A stretch of 63,937 bases of DNA, filler included, from Octopus bimaculoides (GCF_001194135.2; 8 parts of 6 records of this genome joined end to end with filler, not necessarily neighbours in it), one strand, 5' to 3'; numbered from the whole stretch's first letter, positions 12,848 to 24,514 are shown. Made by a program: numbers and translations. Notes: generated from the letters alone by a model not told the origin.

Positions 12848-13017
12848 GCGAGAGCATAAAGGTTTCTATAATGTTCAGTGCTGTAATGTGGTTGGTGGGG
12901 TCGAACCTGTTCCGTACTTCTTATTGTTTTAGCATTCGTTTTATAATTGTTTGTCCTTTGTATTGTCCTCTCTATGTTTAACCTAAATGGTTATCGAAAA
13001 TAAATTCGAAATCCGTC

Positions 13018-14345
13018 CGTCGAGTTGAACGAACGTATTTTTTCTGCTGATAAGTTAAGTGCTTGTTGTTTTTGATTGTTATAGGTTTTCCCTTTAGGGA
13101 TTGTCTTTTGTTTGCCATTTGTTTCTGCGTCTTAGCAGGATTGTGTTTATAACTGGTTTCCTCGTTTAGGTGCGAATTGTATATCTTATGTGGAGCATGG
13201 AGTTGGACAACTTCATGGAGCAGTTGCCTGAACAGGAGTGCTTCTTAACAGAAACTCCAGAAAGCTCCGAAAGTAGTTACGCATCCATGGCCAGATGAGG
13301 CAGTTACGCGTCCGCAGACCAAGTCACCAGCGACGGAGTACAAGTCAGACAAGATAAACTCAATGAATATAAAGAATTACGGCAGAAGGATGGGACGAAT
13401 GTGAGATTGTCCCCCATCCCCACCCCACCTCGAGAAGGTTAGAGAAAACACAAAAAGGAAAACTATATTTTACCGGACTTTTTCACTGGCAACAAAAAAA
13501 AAATAGAAATGGCATCCATGGATGCTGTCGAAAAATGTTTGAACCAAATTTGGAACGAGGTAAAGTTCTTAAACAGAGGGAAACGTTTTAGTACGGTAGA
13601 AGTGAGGTTTGCTTCCGAAAAAGAAGCTTTAAAACACTCAACCACACCCCTAAAGTCGGCAGAACTGGTGTTACTGCCGACTTACCTCGGAAGACGGACC
13701 TCCAGAATTAAAATTGGGAAAGCTCCACAAGAGGTGGATGAGATGTGGCTGATAGTAGCCATAACGTTGAACTTGAAAGACGAAGCAAATATATTGAAAG
13801 CAACTAAGTCACAACAGCAGAAGTGACAATTTAGGCCACCCCAAGGGATCTGAGGGGGATCACAGATTTAATTATCTTGCCAGACGATACCAAATTCAGA
13901 ATTATAGTAGAGGGCAGAAGCCTAAGGTGTTACAAATGCGGGAAAAAGGTCACATAGAGGCCAAGTGCCCACAGGTTACACAATATGAGGCACACCGTTC
14001 ACCTAGCACATCACTACTACCAGAAGAACCAACAAGCCTTATTATAGAAAAATCCACCAACCTAACCATAACCAACAAGCCGAAGGAGAGGAAGAAACTG
14101 ACCAACAATGCGACCAACCCAACACAAGATATCCCAAAAGAAAAGAAGAAGACAACCGAGACCACAACAATGCATCCCGAAAAAAGCCCCAAGGAAGAAA
14201 CCCAAACGGAAAGAACACCAACCGAAAGCAGCGTCGAGGTGGAACCAGCCAGCAAAAGAAAGGATTAAAGAAGACTCCCACCTCTTAAAAAGACATCCAA
14301 CTGCAAACCAACACCAGCAACCACAAAGCACACACACAACTTCTG
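13018..14345 (+). mobile_element. Tx1-related unit 4: 5'UTR + ORF1 (from ~13188), 3' end replaced by antisense LINE
   Basis: MASMDAVEKCLNQIWNEVKFLNRGKRFSTVEVRF...LLPTYLGRR; knuckle CYKCGKKGHIEAKC; Thr/Lys/Pro-rich tail. Confidence 0.85.
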
Positions 14346-16116
14346 ACACTAAGACTGTGTCACTTGAGTAGAGATCTACTTTCCATTTCTTCATGCTACA
14401 GCTAATTAATTCTCTGCTACACTGAATATATTCAAACATTCATTTATCCATGAGTATGGGATCATGTCATAGGCCTTCTTATAATCCATCCTTGCTATTG
14501 TTAGATTTTTCTTTCTCCCATTTACTTCATTTGGAACTGCTTTGTCTATGTATAATAGATCATGCGTTCTTCTAGCCTTCTTCCTGTTCTTCTTCCTGTT
14601 CTTCTGGCAGTAAATTCTGGATGTCAAGGTGCTCGTAAATGCTTTCTGAATGCATTCCTGTTAACAGCTTACACACTAATGATAAGAAAATTATTGGTCT
14701 GTAATTGCTAGCTGTACTACCCTTGCTTTTGTCCTTCATAGGAAGTATTATCCTTCCTCTAGTCATCAAATCTAGTATTATTCCCCCATTAAGGCAATCC
14801 TGGAGTTGTTCCCTCAGCCTCTCATGTAAACTGCTAAATATCTTTAGCCAGTATCCTTGAACTAAATCCGGTCCTGGGCCCTTCCAATTCTGCATTTTTC
14901 CTAACACTTTATTCATTAATGCACTAGTTAATCTTAGATCTGGCTGCTTCTCACTCACTACTTCTTCCCTCACTTTCTTTAACCATACTGCATCTCCATA
15001 ATGATTGTCTGACTTATCCCAGATATTACTCCAGAACTTTCTAGTTTCTTATGCATTAGGTTTCTCATCTTCAGTATTTCGTTCTCCACTACTCATTTGG
15101 TTAAAATATCTCCTCTGGTCTGTCTCAAATAATCTATTCTGTTGATACTGATCTATTCTTTTCTGATATCTGGAGAGCTTCTTTGCTACTGCTATGATAC
15201 GCTTTTTCAACTCTTCTATGACAGTCCCAAATTCTTTCTCTTTGACTAAGTATATTTTTTTCAAGAGAATATTTAAATCTTGTGTTTCCTAACTTGTTCA
15301 GTTTCCCGTCTTCTATTCTACTCAGATCTTGTCTTAAAGTCTTCACTTTATTTTGTAATCTCCTTTTCGATATTTACTCTTTTCTAATCTTTCCTAGTGG
15401 AATATCTAATCTTCTAGTAACTACTATCCTTCTTGCATAGATCAATAAGTTAGTGTCACCTATATTTTTAGCATCTATCCTACTGATAACAGTAGCTACT
15501 TCCCTGCTCATATGTAGCAGCTTCCTTCTGATGGTACCTTTTAATGCTAACAATCTTTTTCTTATTTCTTCTCTCATTACTTCCTGCAACTCATCCAAAA
15601 TCTTCTGATCTTTCACACTTAAATAATTTAAATCGCTGGTGCCAGTTGTTCCTTCCTTGTTATTATTTGTTCCTTTACGTTCTTCTTTGGTTTGAGTTGT
15701 ATCTCCTATGTTGTATGTCTTTCCTACTGCCTGGTCTTTCTTTTCCAGTTCTCTCGTGATCTCTTCCACCTCCAATTCTGTCATCCACTTTCTTCTCCTA
15801 ATAGTATTAGCTTGATCAACTAATCTCTGCTCAGTCACTTTAAACATGCCTTTCTCTACCCAAAGTGTTCACATCCGTTTTCTATAGCCCCTTCTTTTAG
15901 GTTCACTTTCTAGGTAGCACTGCATCACTATCCTGTTTTCTTCGCTGGTCCACTTCTTCCTTTTTACTCTATTATCTACTGATACTGCATTAGGATAACA
16001 GCTGTGGTTAGTCTGCATCTTTACTGAAAACTGTCGAGCGAGAGGCCTTCCTTTAAAGATCCAGCATCATTTTCGCTGTTACAATCAGAGTTTCTTCGGA
16101 AACTCCTGTCTCTCAT
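14345..16116 (-). mobile_element. R4/Dong-clade (RLE-type) non-LTR retrotransposon, N-terminal half, decayed
   Basis: Myb-like KWTSEENRIVMQCYLESEPKRRGYRKRM..W.EKGMF.VTEQRL.DQ; RT motifs WKGPGPDLVQGYWLK, SNYRPI, MDYKKAYDMIPYSWI. Sequence stops before the QGDSLSP motif. Confidence 0.85.
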
Positions 16117-16158
16117 AAACTGAGGTAAGGTAACGTTCGTCACCGTCGTCGTCACCAC

Positions 16159-16275
16159 TGATAGTTTCAAGCATTTGATAGTTTCAAGCATTTGATAGTT
16201 TCAAGCATTTGATAGTTTCAAGCATTTGATAGTTTCAAGCATTTGATAGTTTCAAGCATTTGATAGTTTCAAGCA
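16159..16275. repeat. Perfect 17-bp tandem array (TGATAGTTTCAAGCATT) x6.9
   Basis: Six identical units plus a 15-nt partial, read directly. Confidence 0.95.
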
Positions 16276-16519
16276 ACTGTCTATTGCATCATTTGTTGCA
16301 CCTCTGTGCTGGTGAGGTGGTATGCGCTGCATTTTTCTTTTTTGGTGGGAGAATATTGTATTGCATCAGTATGGTTTGTTATGAGGTTTGGTTTCAGTCT
16401 TCTGTTGTATTAGTTTTTGTATTGTGTGTTTGTGCAGCGCAGGTTGTGTTCTTCTGTTCGATATCGAACATTATGGCATATGTTGTGGGCTTTGTTCATT
16501 ATGTTGGGTATATACTGTA

Positions 16520-16990
16520 TGAGTTTATTACTGTATGTTTTTGGAGGAGTGTTGCATAGTAGTGTGTGTAAATCATAAATCAACCATTTCATAGTATTCG
16601 AGTTTATCTGTCCCTCGTTCTTTCTTTTTTTGGTTGGTTTTATGGATCCGTATACTCCATATTTGAAAAATCTTTCAGGTTCCTGAGACGGTTTGCATTA
16701 AAACATACTTTTCTTTCGTTGTTTTTGCGGATTTTTAATTCCTGCTTCGTGATGGTTTCAGATTTGATCTATCTTCCCGGCAGTTCGCTGTCACACGTCC
16801 ATGCTGCTTGGTATTCGCTGAGGTATTTCCTGTATGAGTTTATTCCTGCATGTTTTTGGAGAACTGTTGCTTAGTAGTGTATGTAAATCATAAATCAACC
16901 ATTTCATAGAATTCGTGGTTATCTGTCCATCGTTCTTTCTTTTTTGGTCGGTTTTGTTGGGTCCGTCTTTACAGCGTTTACTTTTTGACA
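16520..16990. repeat. Diverged direct duplication, ~150 bp units at ~310 bp spacing
   Basis: gtatgagtttatt...tgtaaatcataaatcaaccatttcatag...cgttctttctttttt at ~16520-16660 and ~16830-16975. Confidence 0.8.
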
Positions 16991-17613
16991 GAACACCGTC
17001 CATGGACATGTGTTGAGGTTTTTTTTTTTCGTAGTTATACTTATTAATGATGTATACGCAAGACAGCAAAAAGAAACAGCAATGTGTATATGTAAATATA
17101 TATATGTATATATATATATATATATATATNNNNNNNNNNNNNNNNNNNNNNNNNNNNNNNNNNNNNNNNNNNNTTAATTAATTAANNNNNNNNNNNNNNN
17201 NNNNNNNNNNNNNNNNNNNNNNNNNNNNNGTTGAAATGATACTCTAACTTCTAAATAATTTAGTGTTAAATAAGTTATCCATTAAAGATAATCTTCAAAA
17301 AAACCAAATGAATAATATAAAAAACAAGAATACATATTATTTTCAAATAGTAGAAAATCATTTAGCAAAGTAAAAACAGAACTTATCCATATTTTTCCGT
17401 AACTCAAACTGAAACTAAGACGTTAACTAATACCTATAGCGTTTTTTAGCAATAGGTCACGTGAAAATACTAGGTTAAAATAGAGAATAGAATATGAAAA
17501 CATGAATGAAAGAATAATACTTAAAATAATGAATGAAAGATTTAAACTTTATATAACTAACAACAAAAAAAAGCCACAGCTATCTTATAAAACATATCAA
17601 TGAATTTTAAATT

Positions 17614-18857
17614 CTAATATATAATGTTAGTTTTAACTTGAACGCTGTATGGAATAATTAACCAGAGTTTGTTCTTATAGATATTATTGAATTTATTATT
17701 AATATTATCAAATTTATTATTATCATTGAAAAAATTAAAATTATATTTAAAATTGTTTCCATTAAAATTATCTTTATGTTTAGGTAATTTATTATCATAA
17801 TACCTATTATTCTTATTATTACCTAAGAAGACATTATCATGAGTATAAAAGTTATGTTTATTAAAAAGGTCATTACTATTATAATTATTAGTAATAAAAT
17901 TATAAAAATATTTCGGATTATTAAAAAATTTTATATCATTAGTACATCCCGCCTTTTGAAGGGCTTTATTGTAATAAGGTGCATGTTTTTCAAAGATCTC
18001 TATATTCGAAGATAGTAAAGATATTCTCTTACTTATAGTAAATGTTAATGATTTTTTAATTGAGGGTGGGTGATTGCTTTTCGTATGAATGTATTTAATA
18101 TTTTCATTAATCTTATGGTAAGGTTGGGTATTACTAGTAGATAAGTTAAAATTAGCATCTAAATAATTAACGTTATAGTACTCATTATAAATAGTAATCT
18201 TTAAACCATTTCTTTTAAAAAAACTATATATTATCTTCTTATATAATTCTAGTTTTCTATTAGTGCAATTTTTAGTAAGTAATAAGAGGTCATCTCTATA
18301 TAAACCACCCTCCAATTTTAAGTTTTCAAGTTCAAGTTCAGATAACAAATATATACCTACTAAATCAGGTACCTGTGCTGAATCAGGCGCCCCCATTGGT
18401 ATATCAAAATAGTCCCTAGTATCTTTCCTAGCCCACAGTTTATTATCATATTTAATCTATGATTTCCTAGCCATTTTAACTACATTTACTTCATCATAAG
18501 TTATACCTACTTTCTTCATAGCAAAAATTAGGGCCTTATTTAGTACAATTTCGTTAATAGAAGAATAATAATTATCAATATCTATTTGAATAAATTTATA
18601 TCTATATTTATCTTTAATATTATTAAACCAATTTAATGTATCAATTGTACTATTCCATAATTTAAGATAATTAATTCCATTTAATTTATTAATATATTTA
18701 TCTAAAATTATTTTACTTAATTTACCTAGATCTGACTTACAAGGACAAGTAAGCCTAACTTTAGGGTCAGAATAAAAGTTATCTTTATGGACTTTTAAAG
18801 TAATTCTAGGGTGCATAGGTACATAAGGTTCTGTCTTATTATCAAGTTCATATTTAN
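17614..18857 (-). pseudogene. Penelope-like reverse transcriptase (Naiad/Neptune-type), one in-frame TAG at 18457-18459
   Basis: ITLKVHKDNF, KVRLTCPCKSDLGKLSK.ILD, IDIDNYYSSI, PMGAPDSA, GLYRDD, VNYLD, SNHPPSI, W.IIPYS..VKTNI. The two listed ORFs are the same frame split by one stop. Confidence 0.9.
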
Positions 18858-19225
18858 NNNNNNNNNNNNNNNNNNNNNNNNNNNNNNNNNNNNNNNNNNN
18901 TTAATTAATTAANNNNNNNNNNNNNNNNNNNNNNNNNNNNNNNNNNNNNNNNNNNNAACCGGGAAACCGGGCCCATGAGCCTGGCTAGGCTTTAAAAAGG
19001 GCACATTTTAAAAATTTTATTTTATATATGTATATGCGTGTGTGGTGTGTGTGTGTACATGCATATATGCGGAGACAGATAGATAGATTGATAGATAGAT
19101 ACATAAGTAGGTAGGTAGATAGATAGATAAACAGACAGATAGATAGAGAGATAAATAGACAGACGTATTTCTTTGCTATTGTAGATACCGTGTGTGTCTG
19201 CGTTTGTATATTTATGTGTTGGTGA

Positions 19226-19289
<64 letters not shown>

Positions 19290-19880
19290 GTATATATATA
19301 TATACGTGCATACATTCCCATTTATGTATTTATCTTAATTATATAAATATATACATATATTGATATATATCCACACACAAACTCTCTCTCTCTCTCTCTC
19401 TCACGCACACACACACACACACACTCACTCACAAATACACACAGAACCTCACCCACACACACTCATTCTGCTCCAGATATTTTTGGGAAGGGACTGAAGA
19501 TTTAAAAGATTAAAATAGCCCCCGATTAACCTAGATTTACCTACAAATTAGTGTTATTAAGATTAATATTATATGTAGCCGTCGTCGTCGTTATCGTAGC
19601 AGCAGCAGCAGCAGCAGTAGTAGTAATAGTAGTAGTGGTTGTCCCTTATCTAAGTCCTGATCTAGAAAGACCTATGATCAAAGATGTACCAGCTGTGACC
19701 ATCCCATCTTTTACTCAGGCATAGTGTATCTAGGACTACATTTCCTAATGTATAGTATAGGAGTTAGCATTAGTGGTTACAGTTGTTGTTGTAGTTTAGT
19801 CCCAGGTCAGTCCTGATCCAGACAGACTTATTCAATGATCTTCCAGCTATGACCATCCCATCTTTTATTAATATTAACTT

Positions 19881-19922
<42 letters not shown>

Positions 19923-21175
19923 TATACATATATATATATACATATATATACACATATATACATACATATACATACATACATATACATACATACACACACA
20001 TATACATACACACACACACACACACACATATACATACACACNNNNNNNNNNNNNNNNNNNNNNNNNNNNNNNNNNNNNNNNNNNNTTAATTAATTAANNN
20101 NNNNNNNNNNNNNNNNNNNNNNNNNNNNNNNNNNNNNNNNNAAAAACACGGAGAAAAAAAATTTAAATGTTGTGGTCAGCGATCTATCATGGCGACACAC
20201 ACACGCACACACACGTCAGGCTACGAAATCCGCCCACAAGGATTTGGTCGAGCCAATGTTATAGGCTTTGGTTGGGTCAATGCTATAAGACTGTGGTCGG
20301 CACAAGCTGCCATGCAGCAGGACGGAACCTGGAACAATGTGATTGAGAAGCAATCTCCTCACTACATGCCACATCATTTCTTTTTGGGGTTCTTTTTTAT
20401 TTTTGTTTTTCTTGCCAGTATATTCTCGTTTTTTTTTTCAATGTATGGCAAACGCATTGCGCAGAAAATTTTAACCAGTTAGCGTTTGAAAATTTCTTAA
20501 TAACTATCAGTGAATGTGGTTCCAAGAATGAACCGATTTCCAACTTTTGTTCAAAAATTGCTTAAGGCTTTTGTAAATTTCAACAAAAGATGACAAAGTG
20601 TGAATTCAGGTATATAGTTTCGTCAATATTTAGTGAGTAATTTTAGCGTTATCACCTGGAAGAAATGGTTTATTTGGAAGTTAATGGGTGTGCCATATCT
20701 TAAAAGTTGGCCATATAATTGAAGAAACATTCAGTCATTAATCGTTCGTTAACAATAGCCATCTTGCTTGATTTCTGGCAAATCTACGTGCATGTGCATG
20801 TGTGTGTGTGCGTGTGCGTGTGTGCGTGTGTGTGTGTGCGTGTATGTGTGTTTGCGTTTGTGTGTGTGTGTGTGAGTGTGTGCGTGTGTATTATATATAT
20901 ATATATGTATGTGTGTATGTCATTTTATGCATATATACGTATGAATACATGTATAACATGTAAACTCATAAACATATAATGCATATATATAAATACATTC
21001 ATATGCATATGTGTGTGTGACTGTGTGTACGTATATCACAGATATGTGCATTTAAAATATATAATACATTTTCTCAACATGTGGAACATATATGAAGTGT
21101 ACATAGCCTTAAGGTATGTATATGTGCGCATACGTACACTCCACCACCAAATTCATCTGTCTATAAATATATACA

Positions 21176-21456
<281 letters not shown>

Positions 21457-21760
21457 CATACACTGTATGTATGTATGTATGTAATAATACATACACACAC
21501 ACACACACACATAATTTCGACACCTGACGTGTGGTACACATGCACCTGTTCAGGCAACGTCGATTTGAAGGAAGGAGTGAGCTACTATACAACACATACA
21601 TTTGATCATTATAAACAAAAAAATTGTGCTGGTCGTTCGGCAAAGCTGACGCTCATACGTCGTCTTCGACGGAAGAGTCCACCATCCGAGCGTTAAACTA
21701 ATACATCCATTTGTTGCTTACACCACCTGTTTTCGTCTGCTGCTTTTTTCGTAAATTCTC

Positions 21761-21829
<69 letters not shown>

Positions 21830-22032
21830 AAATAATATGTGAGTATATGCATATATACGTACATGTATGTACATACCTACATCTACATGTATATATAGAT
21901 GCATATCTGGGTACAGGACGTTACAAAAAAACGAGGACAAAATGAAAAACAGAGCACAGAAAACAAACAGGCCACATAGAAAATATTTCCTTCATCAGCT
22001 GTGCCCTATTCTAAACTAAGCGTTTCGAAGAG

Positions 22033-22070
<38 letters not shown>

Positions 22071-22481
22071 ACACACCAGCTAGCAAAAGATGAATGGATG
22101 AAAATGAATACAATAATGTCACTATTCATTTATTTGCACATAAAAGTATGATATTTACTTACAAATTGATATGTTCGAAAACTTTAGGACATTAACCCTG
22201 GCGGCAATGATTAAGACGTTCTCATCGTGCCGAATATTAATGCGTGACCTTTTCCTATATAGAGGCTTAATTCGTTTTGAGCCAAACCGAAATGTTACAT
22301 CACTACATGAATTCGCTAATATATTTTTAGATTGTTATTGAAGGAACTAAGATGTATAAATTATTCACAACCTTAACAGGATTTTTAAAAATAATTTTCC
22401 CGCTTGAATTTGTTTCTTCATAACTTCCAGAAAAATGGATATTTGTCTCATGAAATTTTCAGCAAATATAGTTTAATTATA

Positions 22482-22693
22482 CAGGGTGTCAACAAGGTCT
22501 GGGTACATGGAGTAAATAAAATCATAGCATAAACGATTAAATATAAGAAATAATAATTTCTTAAAGTATGTGTTAATCCCCATGCGGGTACTTGAAGTAA
22601 ATAAAATCATAACATAAACAATTAAATATAAGAAATATTAATTTCTTAAAGTATTTGTTAATCCCCATATATCCAGACTTTGTGGACACCCTG
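22482..22693. mobile_element. Tc1/mariner-type MITE with internal ~83 bp duplication
   Basis: TIRs cagggtgtcaacaaggtctgggta / cagggtgtccacaaagtctggata, TA on both sides; internal repeat ~22502-22583 and ~22586-22668. Confidence 0.9.
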
Positions 22694-22701
22694 TATATCG
22701 G

Positions 22702-22843
22702 AATTTGTTCTTTTCCACTCTAGGCACAAGGCCAAAAAATTTTGGGGAGAGGACCAGTCGATTAGATTGACTCTAGTACGCAACTGGTACTTAATTTATC
22801 GACCCCGAAAGGATGAAAGGTAAAGTCGTCCTCGGTGGAATTA
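22702..22843 (-). mobile_element. SINE 3' portion
   Basis: Shares ggtacttaatttatcgaccccgaaaggatgaaagg with other copies (e.g. ~34150). Confidence 0.75.
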
Positions 22844-23033
22844 TATCGGAGTTTATTGTGAAAAAAATTTCGGTATTTTAAAGATGGTGTAGATTATGAT
22901 TATATAAGAATTTAATGTAAAAAAAAAAAAAAATGGTTGGCGCGCACACACATACCGACACACATGACAAGTTTTTTTTAAATTTCAAAGTTTAATTTTC
23001 TCCCTTTTCTTTTGGACTCTCCACTGTCTCCTG

Positions 23034-23067
23034 TTTCTGAATAGGAGCTTTTGCTCGAAACGTAAAA
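23034..23067 (+). ncRNA. Degenerate minimal hammerhead-ribozyme-like motif
   Basis: TTT CTGAATA G GAGC TTTT GCTC GAAA C GTA AAA; G8 position is T. Confidence 0.4.
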
Positions 23068-23175
23068 AGCACCCTTTATTTCCTTCCCTGAACATATTGA
23101 TACATTGCATGTACCACGTCTTCGCGTTGTTGTTTTTTTCTTATTTTTTTCTCCGTTTTTTTTTGCATTAACTAT

Positions 23176-23208
<33 letters not shown>

Positions 23209-24183
23209 CTATGTGATATATGTATCAGTATGTTTATGTACGCGCCCACTATTTTCTTTATTTTTTTGCACATGAAATTCTGATGTAATCGAAATGTACG
23301 CCATGTGAGAGATATTTGTAGAAAATTTCATTTAAAAAAGATCCCTTGTTCTGAAAGTTATGAAGAAACAAAATCGCTAGGAGAAGTGCGTGCTTGTGTA
23401 GGCATGCCGTTAAGATATTTTCTGTCGTAACGGAATTTGTTTTCTAGTCTACTGTTGAAAATGCGACTATATCAAGTTAAACTTGTTATTTACGGTACAG
23501 TTTTGCTAAAAAAAACACCAGGTTAAGCTAGAAACTATGTATGTATGTATGTATGTAAACAATGTCGATTTGATTTAATGGGAATTGTTAACATTACAAT
23601 ATGTATAATATATTAGTAAAATAATCTGATTCGTTCAAGCGATCTTAATCATTAAGCTCAATTATTGTATGACGAATTTATGCATCGAAATAGAGAAACA
23701 GAACGACAAGTCTATTAATTAGCATCCGACAAAAACGAGGTAAGCTTGCCCATTTACTGTTGCCATTCAATTTGATTACTATAATTTGTTCAATTTAACA
23801 TGTATTAGATGTTGAAAGTATTCTGGGTATTGGATCAGCTTTAAACACCCAGTCGTTCATAAAAGTTAACGACAGTAAATAGTACTATTGTAATAGAACA
23901 AGTACAGAATCACTGAATCGGAATTGATGGCTTGCATGCATTTAATGTATTGGAGTTCTGAAGTATTCCAAGTTTTCAATTAATCTTAAACGACTAATCG
24001 TTCATAAAATTTGCAAGCAATAGAGGATCTATTAATAAATCATTTAGTTTAACAATAGGCCTCTGGCAAAGTATATTTTACTCTTGTTCCTAGTTTAATC
24101 CGACACTAGTAGTTAGAACCATGTACGTCTTCATTCGATATGTAACAGTTAATATCCATGGGGCAAAAAAATATGGTCTACTT

Positions 24184-24350
24184 GGCGCAGATATGGCTGT
24201 CTGGTTTCGAAACTCGCTTTGCAGCTACAAGGTTTCGACTTCGGTCCCACTGCGCAATACCTTCGAGGATTGTCTTCAACTATAGTCCCTGGCCGATCAA
24301 TGCTTTGTGAATAAATTTGATAGACGGAAACTGTGTGGAAGACTACCGTA
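24184..24350 (+). mobile_element. tRNA-derived SINE head
   Basis: ggcgcag..tggct head with A/B-box-like segments and body gtagacggaaactg shared with copies at 29275, 40355 and 40972. Confidence 0.75.
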
Positions 24351-24478
24351 TGTATGTATGTATGTATGTATGTATGTATGTATGTATGTATGCAGTTCAA
24401 ATTTACAGAAAACAAAAGAAGACAAGTGAGGGAACAACAATCAGATGTATTAGTTTGATGCTCGGGAAGAATGGAAGT

Positions 24479-24514
24479 CTTTGACGTTTCGAGCTTACGC
24501 TTTTCGATTGAAAG
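24479..24514 (-). ncRNA. Degenerate minimal hammerhead-ribozyme-like motif
   Basis: Minus strand CTTT CAATCGA A AAGC GTAA GCTC GAAA C GTC AAAG: helix I, GNRA-capped helix II, GAAAC and GUC present; CUGANGA box degenerate. Confidence 0.35.

Larger units (their letters stand above)
8114..13017 (+). mobile_element. Tx1/L1-group LINE unit 3: full-length, decayed
   Basis: 5'UTR, ORF1 from ATG 8312, ORF2 from ATG 9591, 3'UTR ending at the junction motif. Confidence 0.9.

Noticed and set aside
13150-13185. TTCCTCGT...GCGAAT resembling an HDV-like ribozyme
   Set aside because: Only ~5 nt separate the motifs, leaving no room for P3', P1', P1.1 or P4; homologous UTRs show a simple hairpin.
16159-16275. 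Regular repeat resembling a CRISPR array
   Set aside because: No spacers, no cas genes, eukaryotic context.
17614-18459. Two TAG stops as evidence of an alternative genetic code or selenocysteine
   Set aside because: Selenocysteine uses TGA; single-base nonsense changes explain both.
24184-24260. tRNA-like heads
   Set aside because: Continue into SINE bodies; not tRNA genes.
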